DNA of 33,192 nt, from the NCBI GenBank assembly GCA_955652845.1, contig CATPBY010000050.1, positions 1 to 33,192 on the forward strand, given 5' to 3'. The notes beneath the pieces were generated by a model. It was not told the origin of the DNA and did no database searches. It worked only from the letters and a program-made list of their open reading frames with translations. The position numbers and the translations under genes are program-made. The DNA is from an uncultured Terriglobales bacterium. Its GTDB lineage: Bacteria > Acidobacteriota > Terriglobia > Terriglobales > Acidobacteriaceae. The stretch's first letter is position 1. Every line of letters begins with the position of its first letter. Below are positions 32,639-33,192 of the stretch, piece after piece.

Positions 32639-32671
32639 CTGCCACGGGTAAGACTGTCGGAGCAGCAAGCC

Positions 32672-33178
32672 TCAATCGTCCGTATCTTCCGGGACTTGTA
32701 TAGGAAGTGTCGCTGGGTGCTTTTTCTGGTTGGAAGTTTTGCGGGATTTAGGATGACTCATTTTCCCGGCACTGTAGTGACCCTTGTGCTCGACATCATA
32801 GTTCCTGGGCAGCGGTGGAATCCGTGATCCTGCTCCGCGAAGTTGTCTGGGCTCCTGCAAAATCACCTCGGCGCGCCCATCGTACTCCTTCACCGGGCCG
32901 TGGATCTCGATGACCCTGCCTTGTAACTCGCGGATATCGCCGACGTTCTTCAGGTCCCGGGGAAATACCACCACGGTGAAGGGACAAGTTCGATAGTCTT
33001 CGCAGAAGTCGAGGTAGCGAACGCCGCGATCTCCCTGCTCAATGCGAAACACTTTTCCCGTGACGCAGCGAGTTTCGCCAACATGCTTTCTGGCGTCGCT
33101 GATCGCTACACATTCGGCTCGCAGATTTGAAAGAAGAAGCGTCAGGCTAACCGTGGTAAGAAATAACATCAGGAACAT
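32672..33178 (-). CDS. secreted hypothetical protein with an OB-fold-like core and a basic C-terminal tail
   Basis: It has a signal peptide (MFLMLFLTTVSLTLLLSNLRA) and four Cys. The segment GKVFRIEQGD...VVVFPRDL...GRVIEIHGPVKEYDGRAEVIL looks like a small beta-barrel. The tail is Lys/Ser/His-rich. I recognise no family. Confidence 0.5.
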   Translation of the reverse strand: MFLMLFLTTVSLTLLLSNLRAECVAISDARKHVGETRCVTGKVFRIEQGDRGVRYLDFCEDYRTCPFTVVVFPRDLKNVGDIRELQGRVIEIHGPVKEYDGRAEVILQEPRQLRGAGSRIPPLPRNYDVEHKGHYSAGKMSHPKSRKTSNQKKHPATLPIQVPEDTDD

Positions 33179-33192
33179 GGCAACACCCCACC

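Noticed and set aside
1-33192. Searched by eye for tRNA/rRNA genes, CRISPR repeats, IS or transposase, integrase, phage or toxin-antitoxin modules
   Set aside because: I saw no T-loop-type GGTTCGAAT motifs in intergenic DNA, no regularly spaced repeats and no transposase- or integrase-like ORFs. All intergenic gaps are under 240 bp. A computational scan (tRNAscan, Infernal, ISfinder) would be needed for certainty.

Overview
This 33.2-kb window looks like an ordinary chromosomal segment of a Gram-negative, moderately high-GC bacterium. The gene content suggests an Acidobacteriota-like organism, but that is inference only. I support 33 coding regions, two of them below the ORF-track size cutoff or on the less obvious strand. 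I found no rRNA, tRNA, CRISPR array, IS or phage element. Blocks in order: (1) an accA-like 3' end, korAB (2-oxoacid:ferredoxin oxidoreductase) and an AsmA-like envelope protein; (2) a small-protein islet at 4.8-5.8 kb holding a hydrophilic 72-aa protein, an unlisted 56-aa secreted His-rich peptide and a small 2Fe-2S-like protein; (3) a complete minus-strand Tol-Pal cluster, tolQ-tolR-tolA(TonB-type)-tolB-pal-cpoB, at 5.85-10.9 kb; (4) recN; (5) a 10.3-kb co-directional isoprenoid/hopanoid operon, ispH-shc-hpnA-hpnG-[two Zn-dependent MDR dehydrogenases]-hpnC-hpnD-hpnE; (6) a convergent minus-strand operon of an HpnJ-like B12/radical-SAM enzyme plus two translationally coupled half-size DMT (EamA-type) membrane proteins; (7) a membrane-fusion-protein/TPR/TolC-family operon with no inner-membrane pump gene; (8) queF; (9) a coupled Spinster-like MFS transporter and membrane GT2 glycosyltransferase; (10) a secreted OB-fold-like protein. 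The best candidates for undescribed biology are the unassigned genes inside and next to the hopanoid locus. The tandem MDR dehydrogenases placed after hpnG are candidates for the unassigned ribosylhopane-to-bacteriohopanetetrol reduction. The HpnJ-like gene with its paired half-DMT genes is a candidate hopanoid head-group flippase module. The MFS-GT2 pair may also act on hopanoids. All functional calls rest on motifs I read in the translations and on remembered family features. No database search was run.
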